Below, in pieces: positions 28,542 to 38,084 of a stretch of 64,000 bases of DNA. How positions within the stretch are numbered: position 1 is the first letter of the stretch; every line of letters begins with the position of its first letter. Origin of the DNA: Ignavibacteria bacterium UBA7675. GTDB lineage: Bacteria > Bacteroidota > Ignavibacteria > Kapaibacteriales > UB7675. The stretch is from contig DLHF01000080.1 in NCBI GenBank assembly GCA_002483085.1, forward strand, positions 223 to 64,222. Reading direction: 5' to 3'. The notes under the pieces were generated by a model. That model was not told where the DNA came from. It ran no database searches and was given only the letters and a program-made list of their open reading frames with translations. The position numbers were made by a program, and so were the translations under genes.

Positions 28542-29348
28542 ATGCACTATGTATTTCTATTGCTCTGCTCTGTGCTCCTTTGTGCTCCCGCTGTAGTAGC
28601 TGCCCGCTCTGGGGCTGAAGCGCCAGAACATTTTTCGCATACAGTGTTCGATTCGCTTCTGCAATTGCATGTAGGTGGCGCGAAAGTGTATTACGAGGGA
28701 TTTAATACGCCTGTATTCTTGGCGTACCGAAACCGGCTCGCTTCTGCGCGCCCGGCGGCGTGGAGCCGCGATGAACAAATGGCGTTCTGGCTTAATGCCT
28801 ACAACGCTTCTGCAATTGCTGCTGTGCTTGCCCGGCCCGGCTTGCGTGTGATCAGCAATGCCGATGGATTTTTCAACCAAGATTCCTTTGCTGTTGCCGG
28901 GGCGTACTACACGATCAGCCGTATCCTGGATGAGCTGCGCGCTTTTGGTGAACCGCTTGTACATTTTGGCGCCTCCTGTGGTGCTGCGGGTGCTCCGCGT
29001 TTGCACAATCGCGCTTATCGTGCGGCTACAGTGCTGAAAACTCTGCGCGACAATGCCCGCAAGTTTGTGAGCGGCGAAAATGGCGCTGTGCTGGATGTCG
29101 GTGCTAATGTGCTGATGCTGCCCGCGCTGTTTGAGCACTACCGTATCGACTTCGAGCGCTCCGGGCGGACGCTGCTCAGCGCGATTGTGCCCTATGTGCG
29201 CGAAACAGAGGCGGCGTATATTGCTGTGCATCGCAGCGATATCATTGTGCGCTTCTTGCCGTTCGACTGGAAGCTCGCTGCCAGAATTGCAGAGACGGGA
29301 AAGGAAACCACAAAGCCGTATAACAAGCCCAAAAAAACGAAAAAATAA
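28542..29348 (+). CDS. Secreted DUF547-domain protein
   Basis: Signal peptide. ...MAFWLNAYNASAIAAVL... is the DUF547 signature. Confidence 0.6.
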   Translation: MHYVFLLLCSVLLCAPAVVAARSGAEAPEHFSHTVFDSLLQLHVGGAKVYYEGFNTPVFLAYRNRLASARPAAWSRDEQMAFWLNAYNASAIAAVLARPGLRVISNADGFFNQDSFAVAGAYYTISRILDELRAFGEPLVHFGASCGAAGAPRLHNRAYRAATVLKTLRDNARKFVSGENGAVLDVGANVLMLPALFEHYRIDFERSGRTLLSAIVPYVRETEAAYIAVHRSDIIVRFLPFDWKLAARIAETGKETTKPYNKPKKTKK

Positions 29349-29396
29349 GCGTGTATGCACGGCGGAAATGGTCGGACGAACACTTTTACGATTGGT

Positions 29397-31208
29397 TTAT
29401 TTTGCGACGACGATAGTAGTTGTTGCTGTTGTGCTGCCATACACGACTACAGCCCGGTATATTCCCGCTGCGAGGTTGCGTACATCAATTGTGCATTCGC
29501 TGCGCCGACCTATATCGGATGGCGTGAATTGTTCGCAGGCAACCGAGATGCCGAGCTGTGAAACAAGGGTGCAGGTAGCCGGGGCGTTGTCGCTGCCGAA
29601 TATATCAAGCTGGAGTGTCGCAAATTCTGATGCGGGATTGGGGCGGGGTTTGTGGAGCAACAAAGGCGAACTGCCCCTTTCCTGAAGCAGGATGGGCGGG
29701 CTACACGGAGCATATACTGTATCGCTAAAGATTGTGCCGCCTGCTGCTACTTGCAAGGGCAGGCAAAAGCCATCAATCACAATCTGGTCGGTGAAAGAGC
29801 CGCTGTGCGACGGAGAACAACATACTGTAAAAGTCGAAGTGCCGCCTGCGGGTATCTCAATCGGAAATTGATTTATAGGAACGGAAATATTGATGTTTGC
29901 TTCGGCATAGGCCCATGAAATATGCCGTACCGTACTTTCTGGATTGGTGAGTACGATGTCTATACATTCCACCGAACCTGTTGGAATCGCCTCGATTACA
30001 AGATGATCCGGCTGGAAATAGTCGGAGAGATTCTGGCCAAATACGATAGTGAACACCTGCGATGTCTCTGTGCAGCCTAATGTCGTGGTAGTCACTGATA
30101 GAGTTGTAGGTGAGGTGACACGTACAATTTGTGTGGTTGAACCATCGGACCACAGGTAGGAGTTATAACCGGGACCGGCATCTAGCACAATGGTATCGCC
30201 GGGGCAGCCTGTTTCTGTCGACGACAGATCGACGTGCAGCCGTTGTACAGTCACTGTGATAGTATCTTCTATGGTACAGCCGTCGGTGCCTGTGATCTCC
30301 ACTGTATAGGTAGTTGTCTGTTCGGGAGCTGCTGTTGGCGTTGGGCAGTTGCTACAGCTCAGCCCATTCGTCGGTGTCCACCGATAGGTGAATCCCGGTT
30401 GTGTGCGAAGAACAACGCTCTGTCCGCACTTGATTGTTGTATCGGGGAATGGTGGCACGGGGGCAGGAGCGCGATAGTTGTACAATTCCCCGACCTCAGT
30501 TGGGGAGAGCGGGCGATTATAAATTCGCACTTCATCGAGAATACCGCGAAAATCGGGATCGGCGCTGCACCAGTTCGAGCGCGCGATAAAGTTCGATTGT
30601 CGCTGTACATTCAGAACGCGATGCCCATTCTTTTCGGCGAGCAGCACACCATCCACATAGAGCCGCATTACACCTTGCGGACTGATAGTGGCACAGTAGA
30701 AGTGCATACTGCCATTTACAATGCCATCGCTCACAGCAAGACGCCCGGCACTCCGATTAACTACTGTATTCGCATCTATCCAGCTTTCGATGGCCAGAGT
30801 CGTACTCGCTCCCACACGTCCGAACCAGACAGGCACTCCTCCGGCATCGCCGCTGCCATTGCCAAAGTCGATAATGCGCTCAAAATTCCTGTTCTCCTCG
30901 AACTGCGCCCAGGCGCTTACGCTGAAGCCTTCTTCCCACAGGGGTGGCAGTGTTGGCACGACAATATAGTCGCCGCCGGGCCTGTTGCAGTCATTGATTT
31001 CATCGACAGTATTGAACTTCAGAGCTTTACCTGCAACACCGCCATCCACGCAGCGCGGATTACTCCTCACCACGCCATCATAGCCATTACCGCTATTGTC
31101 GGCGGCATTGCACGAGCAAAAGCTCCACCATGCAACAAGGCCGCTGTCGATACGGGCAAAAGCCGAACTATGAACACATAGGAAGAGAAAAGGAAGGAGA
31201 AAACGCAT
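29397..31208 (-). CDS. Secreted LamG/concanavalin-like lectin domain protein with SprB repeats and T9SS CTD
   Basis: Signal peptide MRFLLPFLFLCVHSSAFA. LDEVRIYNRPLSPTEVGELY matches LamG_3. SprB-type repeats (TYTVEITGTDGCT). C-terminal ...LAAGIYRAVVVYGSTTATTTIVVAK is a T9SS CTD. Confidence 0.7.
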   Translation of the reverse strand: MRFLLPFLFLCVHSSAFARIDSGLVAWWSFCSCNAADNSGNGYDGVVRSNPRCVDGGVAGKALKFNTVDEINDCNRPGGDYIVVPTLPPLWEEGFSVSAWAQFEENRNFERIIDFGNGSGDAGGVPVWFGRVGASTTLAIESWIDANTVVNRSAGRLAVSDGIVNGSMHFYCATISPQGVMRLYVDGVLLAEKNGHRVLNVQRQSNFIARSNWCSADPDFRGILDEVRIYNRPLSPTEVGELYNYRAPAPVPPFPDTTIKCGQSVVLRTQPGFTYRWTPTNGLSCSNCPTPTAAPEQTTTYTVEITGTDGCTIEDTITVTVQRLHVDLSSTETGCPGDTIVLDAGPGYNSYLWSDGSTTQIVRVTSPTTLSVTTTTLGCTETSQVFTIVFGQNLSDYFQPDHLVIEAIPTGSVECIDIVLTNPESTVRHISWAYAEANINISVPINQFPIEIPAGGTSTFTVCCSPSHSGSFTDQIVIDGFCLPLQVAAGGTIFSDTVYAPCSPPILLQERGSSPLLLHKPRPNPASEFATLQLDIFGSDNAPATCTLVSQLGISVACEQFTPSDIGRRSECTIDVRNLAAGIYRAVVVYGSTTATTTIVVAK

Positions 31209-31265
31209 GATACCTCTCCGCGATATAATCAGTTCCGTGTATAGTCAGGATGGTAAAAGTGAAGC

Positions 31266-32018
31266 CTACGCGTATGTATTGATAAACGTTCCTCGCTCTT
31301 TGTAAGAGGATTGGCCGGGCGAATTGGTTGCCGAATACGGGTTAATCTGCTGTCGGGTCGGGGAATCAATACTTCCTTCCGCACTTTTTTCTGTGTCCTC
31401 TTCGGTAGCTTCACTTGTGTCTTTGTCGGTAGCTTCGCTTGGGATGACCCGTCCGGCAACGCCGATAGCTTGTTGTTCCTCTTCTTCCGGTTTGAGAAGT
31501 TCGGCGCGTGCTTCGGCTTCAGTGCGGCTGGCTTGTGCTGCCACCGAGCGATCTTGGGACGAAGGATCGGACGGGGCGCTGGCTGCAGCACGCACACGCT
31601 GCATTCTGGCTATTGTTGCTTGTGGGTTATTGGGAACGGCTGATGTATCAATCTGCACTTCGCCTGCTACTGCATACTGGTTGCCGTCTGGTCCCTGCTT
31701 GTAGGTAAACGACTTGCCACGTGCAAGACTTCCTGCGGCGGCTTGATGAGCAGCTTCGTGCTGCCGTACATGTGAGTCTACACGCTTCAGCTCTGCTACT
31801 TCTTGCCGCTCTTCGTCGGTGAGTTCGCGTTTCCCGCCAACGGTTGTTTTTTTCTTGGAGTCCTCGCTGGCTGCTGTTTCGCCTGTGTCGGCACTGGTGC
31901 GCTGCTGTGCAGCAGTATTGATGCCATCTGCTCCGCTAGGAGCCGAACGGCGAGATGCTTTCTCCAAAGGGGCTGAAGAAAACCGAGCGGACGAGGATGA
32001 AGCTACAGCGTTGATCAT
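31266..32018 (-). CDS. SprA-related-family putative metalloprotease (HExxH; acidic, low-complexity tail)
   Basis: EERQEVAELKRVDSHVRQHEAAHQAAAGSLARGKSFTYKQGPDGNQYAVAGEVQIDTSAVPNNPQATIARMQRVRAAASAPSDPSSQDRSVAA matches the recalled SprA-related (PF12118-type) conserved block, including HEAAH. Confidence 0.5.
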   Translation of the reverse strand: MINAVASSSSARFSSAPLEKASRRSAPSGADGINTAAQQRTSADTGETAASEDSKKKTTVGGKRELTDEERQEVAELKRVDSHVRQHEAAHQAAAGSLARGKSFTYKQGPDGNQYAVAGEVQIDTSAVPNNPQATIARMQRVRAAASAPSDPSSQDRSVAAQASRTEAEARAELLKPEEEEQQAIGVAGRVIPSEATDKDTSEATEEDTEKSAEGSIDSPTRQQINPYSATNSPGQSSYKERGTFINTYA

Positions 32019-32213
32019 GGTGCAGAACTTACAAAATTTTGTGCTATAGCAAAAGGAGAATAACGCCTTGTTTTGTAGTGCTGGTTTGCGGTGGTTCTAT
32101 CTGCTGCCGAGCGGTGCCGGGGCGCGGGATCAGGCCGGGGTAAACGATAAAAAAGTTATATTGGTGTTCCCAGTGGTACTGCGGTGAACGAGCGCGCTGG
32201 GCAGCGGCGGTCG

Positions 32214-32257
32214 ATGCGACCGGTGACGAAGACGAATGCCCGACCGAAGACCGAAGA
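32214..32257 (+). repeat. Degenerate R-module-like repeat copy (R9)
   Basis: GATGCGACCGGTGACGAAGACGAATGCCCGACCGAAG. The 5' half is conserved and the 3' half diverged. Confidence 0.35.
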
Positions 32258-32296
32258 GCCCAACTTCTCTTACGAATATTATTAGACATAGGCGTT

Positions 32297-33310
32297 ATGA
32301 GAGCATTAGTGCTGAATGAGGCGGCAGAGCACCGCCTTCGCATAGAAAATATAGAACTTCCCAAGCTTTCCGATGGCGAGGCGTTGGTGCGTATCAAAGC
32401 CGCTGCGCTGAACCACCGCGACGAGTGGATACGCGAGGGAAAATATGCAAAAATCAAGTACCCGAGCGTGCTGGGCTCTGATGGGTGTGGCGTTGTCGAG
32501 GAAATTACCGGAGCCGACCAGTCGCTGTGGGGGCAGGAGGTCATTATGAATCCCAATATCAACTGGGGTTCCAGCGAACTCGCCCAGTCGGCAGATTACG
32601 AAGTATATGGCATGCCCGCGTGGGGCACTTTTGCTGAATACACTGTTGTTCCGGCGCACCGCTTACATCCCCGGCCAGCACATCTCACCGCTGTACAGGC
32701 TGCTGCATTGCCGCTTGCCGGTATGACTGCTTGGCGGGCAGCAATGGCTCAGGGCGAAGTTGCACCGGGGCAGAATGTGCTTATCACGGGAATTGGCGGC
32801 GGAGTAGCACAGTTTGCTTTTGAGTTTTCGCAAACCGTTGGCGCACAGGTCTATGTAACATCTGGCAGCGCCGATAAGCTGCAACGCGCTGTGGAAATGG
32901 GCGCAGCAGGCGAGGCCAACTATACTATGGAAAATTGGCACAAACAGTTGAACATGGTAAGCGGCGGTTTTGATGTGATCATCGACGGTGCAGCCGGCGA
33001 CCAGATGAACGTCTTGCTCGATCTTTTGCGACCGGGCGGGCGCCTGATAAGCTATGGTGCAACGCTTGGGCGACCAGAATTTTTGAACGTGTATAAAATT
33101 TACTGGAAGCAACTGCGCTTGCAGGGGACAACAATGGGCAGCGACAAGGACTTTTCCGATATGCTTGAGTTCATCAACGAGCACAAGATGCTGCCGATTG
33201 TTGACAGTGTGTATCCGTTCGAAGCTATTGGCGATGCCTTTGCCCGTATGCAGCAGGGCGAACAGTTCGGTAAGATTGTTGTGTCGATGGACGGCACAGA
33301 GCAGCACTGA
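32297..33310 (+). CDS. Zinc-type alcohol dehydrogenase / quinone oxidoreductase (MDR superfamily)
   Basis: MRALVLNEA... GSDGCGVVEE, and a Rossmann segment LITGIGGGVAQFAFEF. Confidence 0.85.
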   Translation: MRALVLNEAAEHRLRIENIELPKLSDGEALVRIKAAALNHRDEWIREGKYAKIKYPSVLGSDGCGVVEEITGADQSLWGQEVIMNPNINWGSSELAQSADYEVYGMPAWGTFAEYTVVPAHRLHPRPAHLTAVQAAALPLAGMTAWRAAMAQGEVAPGQNVLITGIGGGVAQFAFEFSQTVGAQVYVTSGSADKLQRAVEMGAAGEANYTMENWHKQLNMVSGGFDVIIDGAAGDQMNVLLDLLRPGGRLISYGATLGRPEFLNVYKIYWKQLRLQGTTMGSDKDFSDMLEFINEHKMLPIVDSVYPFEAIGDAFARMQQGEQFGKIVVSMDGTEQH

Positions 33311-33331
33311 TATTTATTCTCTTCTATCCGC

Positions 33332-34819
33332 ATGTTTCTTCCTTCGCTTCTCGGCCATACAGCCGAACTACTTCGCATTATCAGAAAGTCGCCACAACCG
33401 GCAGACTCTCTGGCATCAGAATATTTTCGCTCTAAAAAATACATCGGCTCGAAGGAGCGACGGTTTATTTCCGAACTCGTTTTTGCGTCTCTTCGTACCT
33501 TCTCGGCATGCAGCCATTGCGCCGAAACTGCTACGGCACTTGTTGGCGAGCCTGTTGTTGCAATAACCGGAAAAAAGCCCGTGGATGCGGCGATGGTGGG
33601 AACCGTAGCCACTGCGTGCATACTGGCGGAATTTCTCGGCTCGATGAACAGTAAAGAGGCGATAGCAGCACTGCCGGGGACTGTGGTGGAAGAAGGCTCT
33701 GTGCCGTATCTCGCTGGCGAGGCATGGGCTCAAGCTACGGGGCATACAGCCGAGCAGGGCAGGAAGTGGGCCGATCATATTTTTGCCGCATGGGAACACC
33801 TTGCAACTACTTGTGAAGATATTCTCCAGCGCGGCCCGGACGGCAGCGACGAGCTCGACCTGCTCGGCGTGCGATACTGTGTGCAGCCCTGGATGCTCAA
33901 AGCGTGGAAGGACGACCTGTTTCACACAAGATCGTGGCGCGATGTTGCCAGCCTCGCTCTGTCGCTGTTGCCCTCGGCGCCGCTGAACTTGCGGGTACAG
34001 ACCATGCTGATGGTGCGCGACGAAGCGGTAAAGAGGTTGTGCGAGCAGGGAGTAGACGCTGTGCCCGGCACTATTTCGCCTGCGGCGATTATCTGCCGCA
34101 AGCGTGTGGATTTGCGTAGCCTCGATGTCGTAACCAGCGGGATTGTAGAAGTGCAAGACGAGGCCAGCCAGCTCGTGGCTTATGGGCTTGCGCCGGAGGA
34201 ACACTGGACAGTATTAGACGCATGCGCTGGTGCTGGTGGGAAATCGCTGCATATCGCTGTGCTCAAACGCGACAATGGCGAGGTTGTTGCTGCCGATATC
34301 GAATTCCGGCGGTTGAAAGAAGTTGCTTTCAGGGCGCGCCGAGCGGGTTTGTCGTCGATACGCACTGTGCCAATTGGCCGGGGAACCCGCCCGGGTGAAC
34401 TGCCGCGCGAGCTGGAGCGCTACCGCAATCGCTGTGATGCCGTTGTGGTGGATGCGCCCTGCTCCGGTATGGGCACTGTGCGCCGTATGCCTCTGCCCAA
34501 GTGGCGGCTTACTCCCGAACTGCTTGCGCGGCACGCTGCCAAGCAACGCAGTGTGCTGGCCGCCTATGCCCCGTGTGTGCGCCCGGGTGGAGTGCTGCTG
34601 TATTCTACTTGCTCTGTGATGCCACAGGAGAACGACGAAGTTGTAGAAGCATTTCTGGCCGATCATCCAGAGTTTGAGCCCGAGCCATTAGCTACTGCAT
34701 TTGCAGCGTATGGTGTGGAAGTGCCCGGACTGGCAAGCGACCGCGCAACTCTTACACTGACTCCCGCTGAACACGGCACTGATGGTTTTTTTCTGGCCCG
34801 CATGAGAAGGCGGGAGTAG
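33332..34819 (+). CDS. NOL1/NOP2/Sun-family RNA cytosine-C5 methyltransferase (RsmB/RsmF-like)
   Basis: SAM site VLDACAGAGGKSLHIA. Catalytic VVDAPCSGMGTVRR and LLYSTCSVMPQENDEV (Cys-containing motifs IV/VI). Confidence 0.8.
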   Translation: MFLPSLLGHTAELLRIIRKSPQPADSLASEYFRSKKYIGSKERRFISELVFASLRTFSACSHCAETATALVGEPVVAITGKKPVDAAMVGTVATACILAEFLGSMNSKEAIAALPGTVVEEGSVPYLAGEAWAQATGHTAEQGRKWADHIFAAWEHLATTCEDILQRGPDGSDELDLLGVRYCVQPWMLKAWKDDLFHTRSWRDVASLALSLLPSAPLNLRVQTMLMVRDEAVKRLCEQGVDAVPGTISPAAIICRKRVDLRSLDVVTSGIVEVQDEASQLVAYGLAPEEHWTVLDACAGAGGKSLHIAVLKRDNGEVVAADIEFRRLKEVAFRARRAGLSSIRTVPIGRGTRPGELPRELERYRNRCDAVVVDAPCSGMGTVRRMPLPKWRLTPELLARHAAKQRSVLAAYAPCVRPGGVLLYSTCSVMPQENDEVVEAFLADHPEFEPEPLATAFAAYGVEVPGLASDRATLTLTPAEHGTDGFFLARMRRRE

Positions 34820-34884
34820 AAGCGTTCGCAAGCGCAGATCACGTTTTCTTTTGCGCTTCTGCCTCTGGTCGCGCTTTTGGTCGC

Positions 34885-35128
34885 TGCACCGCGCAGCACA
34901 TCTGCCTCGTGGTTGCTATGCCGCTATTCGCGTTTGGCAGGGTGCACAGACTAGTAAGAGCCACAGGAATGCCCGATGTACTGGTAGCCTAGCAGGTATC
35001 CACCTGCTTTGCCCACTTCTCTGATGTAGTCTTTGGGCAATTGGCGCATGGCTTTCGACCAGAGACGCAGCGGATTGTGCGACCGGTGACAGCGACAGGA
35101 CGGGCGATGCAGCGCTGCCCGTGCCACA
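34885..35128 (+). repeat. Dispersed repeat: L2 module (34885-34906, TGCACCGCGCAGCACATCTGCC) and R module copy R2 (35076-35128)
   Basis: L2 is also present at 12291 and 50156. R2 reads GTGCGACCGGTGACAGCGACAGGACGGGCGATGCAGCGCTGCCCGTGCCACAG. Confidence 0.65.
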
Positions 35129-35485
35129 GCATTATACTACGAGGGGTGCTCCAGATTTTAGCTCAGAAACGCCATTTTTCATGAGTAAAAGGCGTTTGTT
35201 GCCGTCGTCCTACACCTCTTTTTGCGGCAGATGTTGCGCTCTCAATGTTTCTGCTTCGTACTATAGGAGAACGTCCGACGCCAAAATCAGCCAAACTCCC
35301 ATAGCTATTACCACTGCGAAATTGTAATTTCCAAACGCTTGTGCCGGGGATTTTCTCCGCATTTCCGATAGTCGCTTTCTGTCGCGGGCTGTTCCGTCCT
35401 ATGTGGCGAATTGCGAATATCTCGGTTCATCCGATTGCTGTGCAAACACGACTGGCACATGCACGGTCATTTGATAGGTTATGAT

Positions 35486-35524
35486 GGGGGCCGCACTATC
35501 ACCGGGATAGTGCGGCTTTTTATA
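35486..35524 (+). terminator. Terminator-like hairpin inside the 890-bp leader upstream of the TonB receptor gene
   Basis: GGGGCCGCACTATCACCGGGATAGTGCGGCTTTTTATA: 10-bp stem and a T-tract, about 190 nt upstream of the receptor start codon. Confidence 0.45.
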
Positions 35525-35708
35525 CACCGGCACAGAGCTGTACATCGCACGACCGAAGTTCGCCAGCCCATCCCATAAAGATCCGCAGGACAGCCACCAA
35601 CGCCCTTCCTACAAAAAAAATAACTGAAACATTTGTACTGCTTACGCGTCTGTTGGCTGCGAATTTTAAAACGAACATTTGCCCGTGTGGGCAGTAGGAT
35701 GAGTAGGT

Positions 35709-38012
35709 ATGAACCGATTAATAACAGCTTATATGCTGGTGTGTTGTGCTGTGTTTTTTCTTCCATCGCCGGGTAAGTCCGCCACGTTGACAATGATTCC
35801 CGACCCGCAGGGCACTGCTTCTATAAGCGGGTATGTTGTAGACAGCACAACAAAGGAAACGCTGATTTCTGCAACTGTAAGCATAAAAGGGACAAAGCTC
35901 GGTGCTTTTACCAACAAAAGTGGTTTCTACTCAGTAAAAAGCATTCCGGCTGGCAAGCAGACAGTTGTCATCAGTATGGTCGGGTACAGCCGAAAAGAAG
36001 TGACGTTGACATTTGGCGAAAAAGAGTCAAAGACCATCACCTTCAGTATGCAGCCGCAGGACATGCAGACCGAAGGAGTAGTGGTAGAGGGCGACCGCGA
36101 CATCGAAAAGCGCGAAATCACTATTAGCAAGGTCAATATTCCCATCGAGCAGTTGAGCCAGCTTCGCATCGGCGGGGAGTCTGATATTTTTCGCTCGTTG
36201 CAATACCTGCCTGGTATTCTTACCTCGTCGCAGATTTCGAGTGGCCTGTATGTGCGTGGTGGCTCGCCGGACCAAAACCTCGTGCTTATCGACGGTTCTA
36301 CGGTGTACAACCCTTCGCACCTGTTCGGATTTATTTCCGCATTTAACACCGATGCTATCAAAGATGTAGAGCTGATCAAAGGCGGCTTTCCGGCGGAGTA
36401 CGGCGGCAGGCTTTCCAGTGTCCTGACGCTTACCCAAAAGGACGGCAATCAGAACGAGTTTGAAGGAGTGGCTTCGCTTGGAGCTATTTCCTCGCGTCTC
36501 TCGCTGGAAGGACCTATTGGCGATGGCTCGTGGTTCATAGGCGGGCGCCGCACCTATCTCGACCTTATCATAGGGCTGCTGCCTGATGACCCGGAAAATC
36601 CCTTGCCTAATTTTGCATTCTACGACCTCAACGCCAAGATATCGCAGAACTTGGGATCGAATGATAAAATATTTATCAGCGGTTTTATGAGCGACGACGA
36701 TCTCTCGCTCAAGGGCACAGGTGTAGAGTTCAATGTCGGGCTTGGCAATAGGACAGGAGCTGCCCGCTGGACGCATATTTTTTCGGAAGACCTCTTTTCC
36801 GTCGTTAACCTCAGTGCCAGCCGGTATAAAAACGGATTTGATGCCAACAACGCGGGGTTTGAAGTAGAAGCCTCAAACTCTATTCTCGATTACACACTCA
36901 AGGCCAACCTCGAATGGTTTGCCTCTGATGTTTTGACTGTAAAGGGCGGTACGGAGATCAACCGGTTTACCTTTAACTACTACCAGAACTTTACAGGCGA
37001 TAGAGATTCTACCTCGCCGACAGGCTCGACAGGGCGTGGCACAACGAATTTAGAGATCAACGACTGGACCTATTCTCTTTTTGCCCAGGGCAACTACCAG
37101 TTCTCCGATCTCGTGTCGATGCAAGCTGGTTTGCGCGGCGACTACTGGAAATTGAGCGAAATAGGTACTGTCGACCCTCGCCTGGCTTTGCGCTACCAGT
37201 GGCAGCCCGATGTCGCTTTTAAAGCGGCGTGGGGCATATACCACCAGTATTTGCGCTTGGCTTCCAACCCCGATTTTTCTTTCTTTGATACATGGCTGCC
37301 TACCGATTCTACTGTACAGCCCAGCCGGGCATCGCACTATATCTTTAGTGTAGAAACCATGCCCTTTGACGGTTATGATTTCAATGTAGACCTGTATTAC
37401 AAAGATTTGACAAACATCAGCGAGCTCAACCGCTTTTCGACAAACGCAGCCAATGTGACGGATGTATTCTTTAGCGGCAATGGCGAGGCATACGGCGTAG
37501 AGTTTTTTCTGCAAAAGAAAAAGGGCAGGCTCACCGGCTGGCTGGGCTATGCTCTTGGCTGGGTGTATTCTACGTTCGACAGCATCAACGGCGGCGCGCG
37601 ATTCCGCCCGAAATACGACAGGCTGCACGACTTCAAGGCGGTGGCTTTATACCGCCTGAACGACACTTGGGAGATTGGCGCTTCCTTTTCCTTCCAGAGC
37701 GGGCAGTCGTACACAGCTATGACATCGTGGTACCAGACATCGCTGCCCGGCGAGAGCACAGACGCAGGGCTTTCGGTGCCCGGCCAGCGTTATGGCTACC
37801 GCCTGCCTCCTTCGCACCAGCTCAACCTGAATGTGAACTACAATTTTACAGTTTTCGACTTGCCAGCGCGCTTGCTGCTAGATATCTACAATGTGTATTC
37901 GCGCCGGGATATATGGTTCCGGTACTACGACACAACAAAAGAACGGCCTACGGTGACGGATGTGCGGCTTTTGCCAATTCTTCCCACTGTTTCATTCGAA
38001 GTGAAATTTTAA
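35709..38012 (+). CDS. TonB-dependent outer-membrane receptor with N-terminal carboxypeptidase-regulatory-like domain
   Basis: Signal peptide. CarbopepD_reg-like segment ISGYVVDSTTKETLISATVSIKGTKLGAFTNKSGFYSV. Plug region. The beta-barrel ends ...VSFEVKF (C-terminal Phe). Confidence 0.85.
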   Translation: MNRLITAYMLVCCAVFFLPSPGKSATLTMIPDPQGTASISGYVVDSTTKETLISATVSIKGTKLGAFTNKSGFYSVKSIPAGKQTVVISMVGYSRKEVTLTFGEKESKTITFSMQPQDMQTEGVVVEGDRDIEKREITISKVNIPIEQLSQLRIGGESDIFRSLQYLPGILTSSQISSGLYVRGGSPDQNLVLIDGSTVYNPSHLFGFISAFNTDAIKDVELIKGGFPAEYGGRLSSVLTLTQKDGNQNEFEGVASLGAISSRLSLEGPIGDGSWFIGGRRTYLDLIIGLLPDDPENPLPNFAFYDLNAKISQNLGSNDKIFISGFMSDDDLSLKGTGVEFNVGLGNRTGAARWTHIFSEDLFSVVNLSASRYKNGFDANNAGFEVEASNSILDYTLKANLEWFASDVLTVKGGTEINRFTFNYYQNFTGDRDSTSPTGSTGRGTTNLEINDWTYSLFAQGNYQFSDLVSMQAGLRGDYWKLSEIGTVDPRLALRYQWQPDVAFKAAWGIYHQYLRLASNPDFSFFDTWLPTDSTVQPSRASHYIFSVETMPFDGYDFNVDLYYKDLTNISELNRFSTNAANVTDVFFSGNGEAYGVEFFLQKKKGRLTGWLGYALGWVYSTFDSINGGARFRPKYDRLHDFKAVALYRLNDTWEIGASFSFQSGQSYTAMTSWYQTSLPGESTDAGLSVPGQRYGYRLPPSHQLNLNVNYNFTVFDLPARLLLDIYNVYSRRDIWFRYYDTTKERPTVTDVRLLPILPTVSFEVKF

Positions 38013-38084
38013 TACGTACATTGCGGACCGTGTTGTACAGAGCGAACTACAGTGTTTGCCACGGCTCCGAGGAGAAAATAGACT

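Noticed and set aside
34941-35075. Protein-like antisense fragment ...LWSKAMRQLPKDYIREVGKAGGYLLGYQYIGHSCGSY* resembling a transposase C-terminus
   Set aside because: Only about 32 codons from the first Met, and bounded upstream by a stop. Similarity to IS200-family C-termini (FWxxxY...DYI) is too weak to call a transposase remnant.
35130-35708. Cobalamin, TPP or SAM riboswitch upstream of the TonB-dependent receptor
   Set aside because: No B12 box (GCCACTG), TPP (CTGAGA...) or SAM consensus was found by eye. Left as an open question in the findings.
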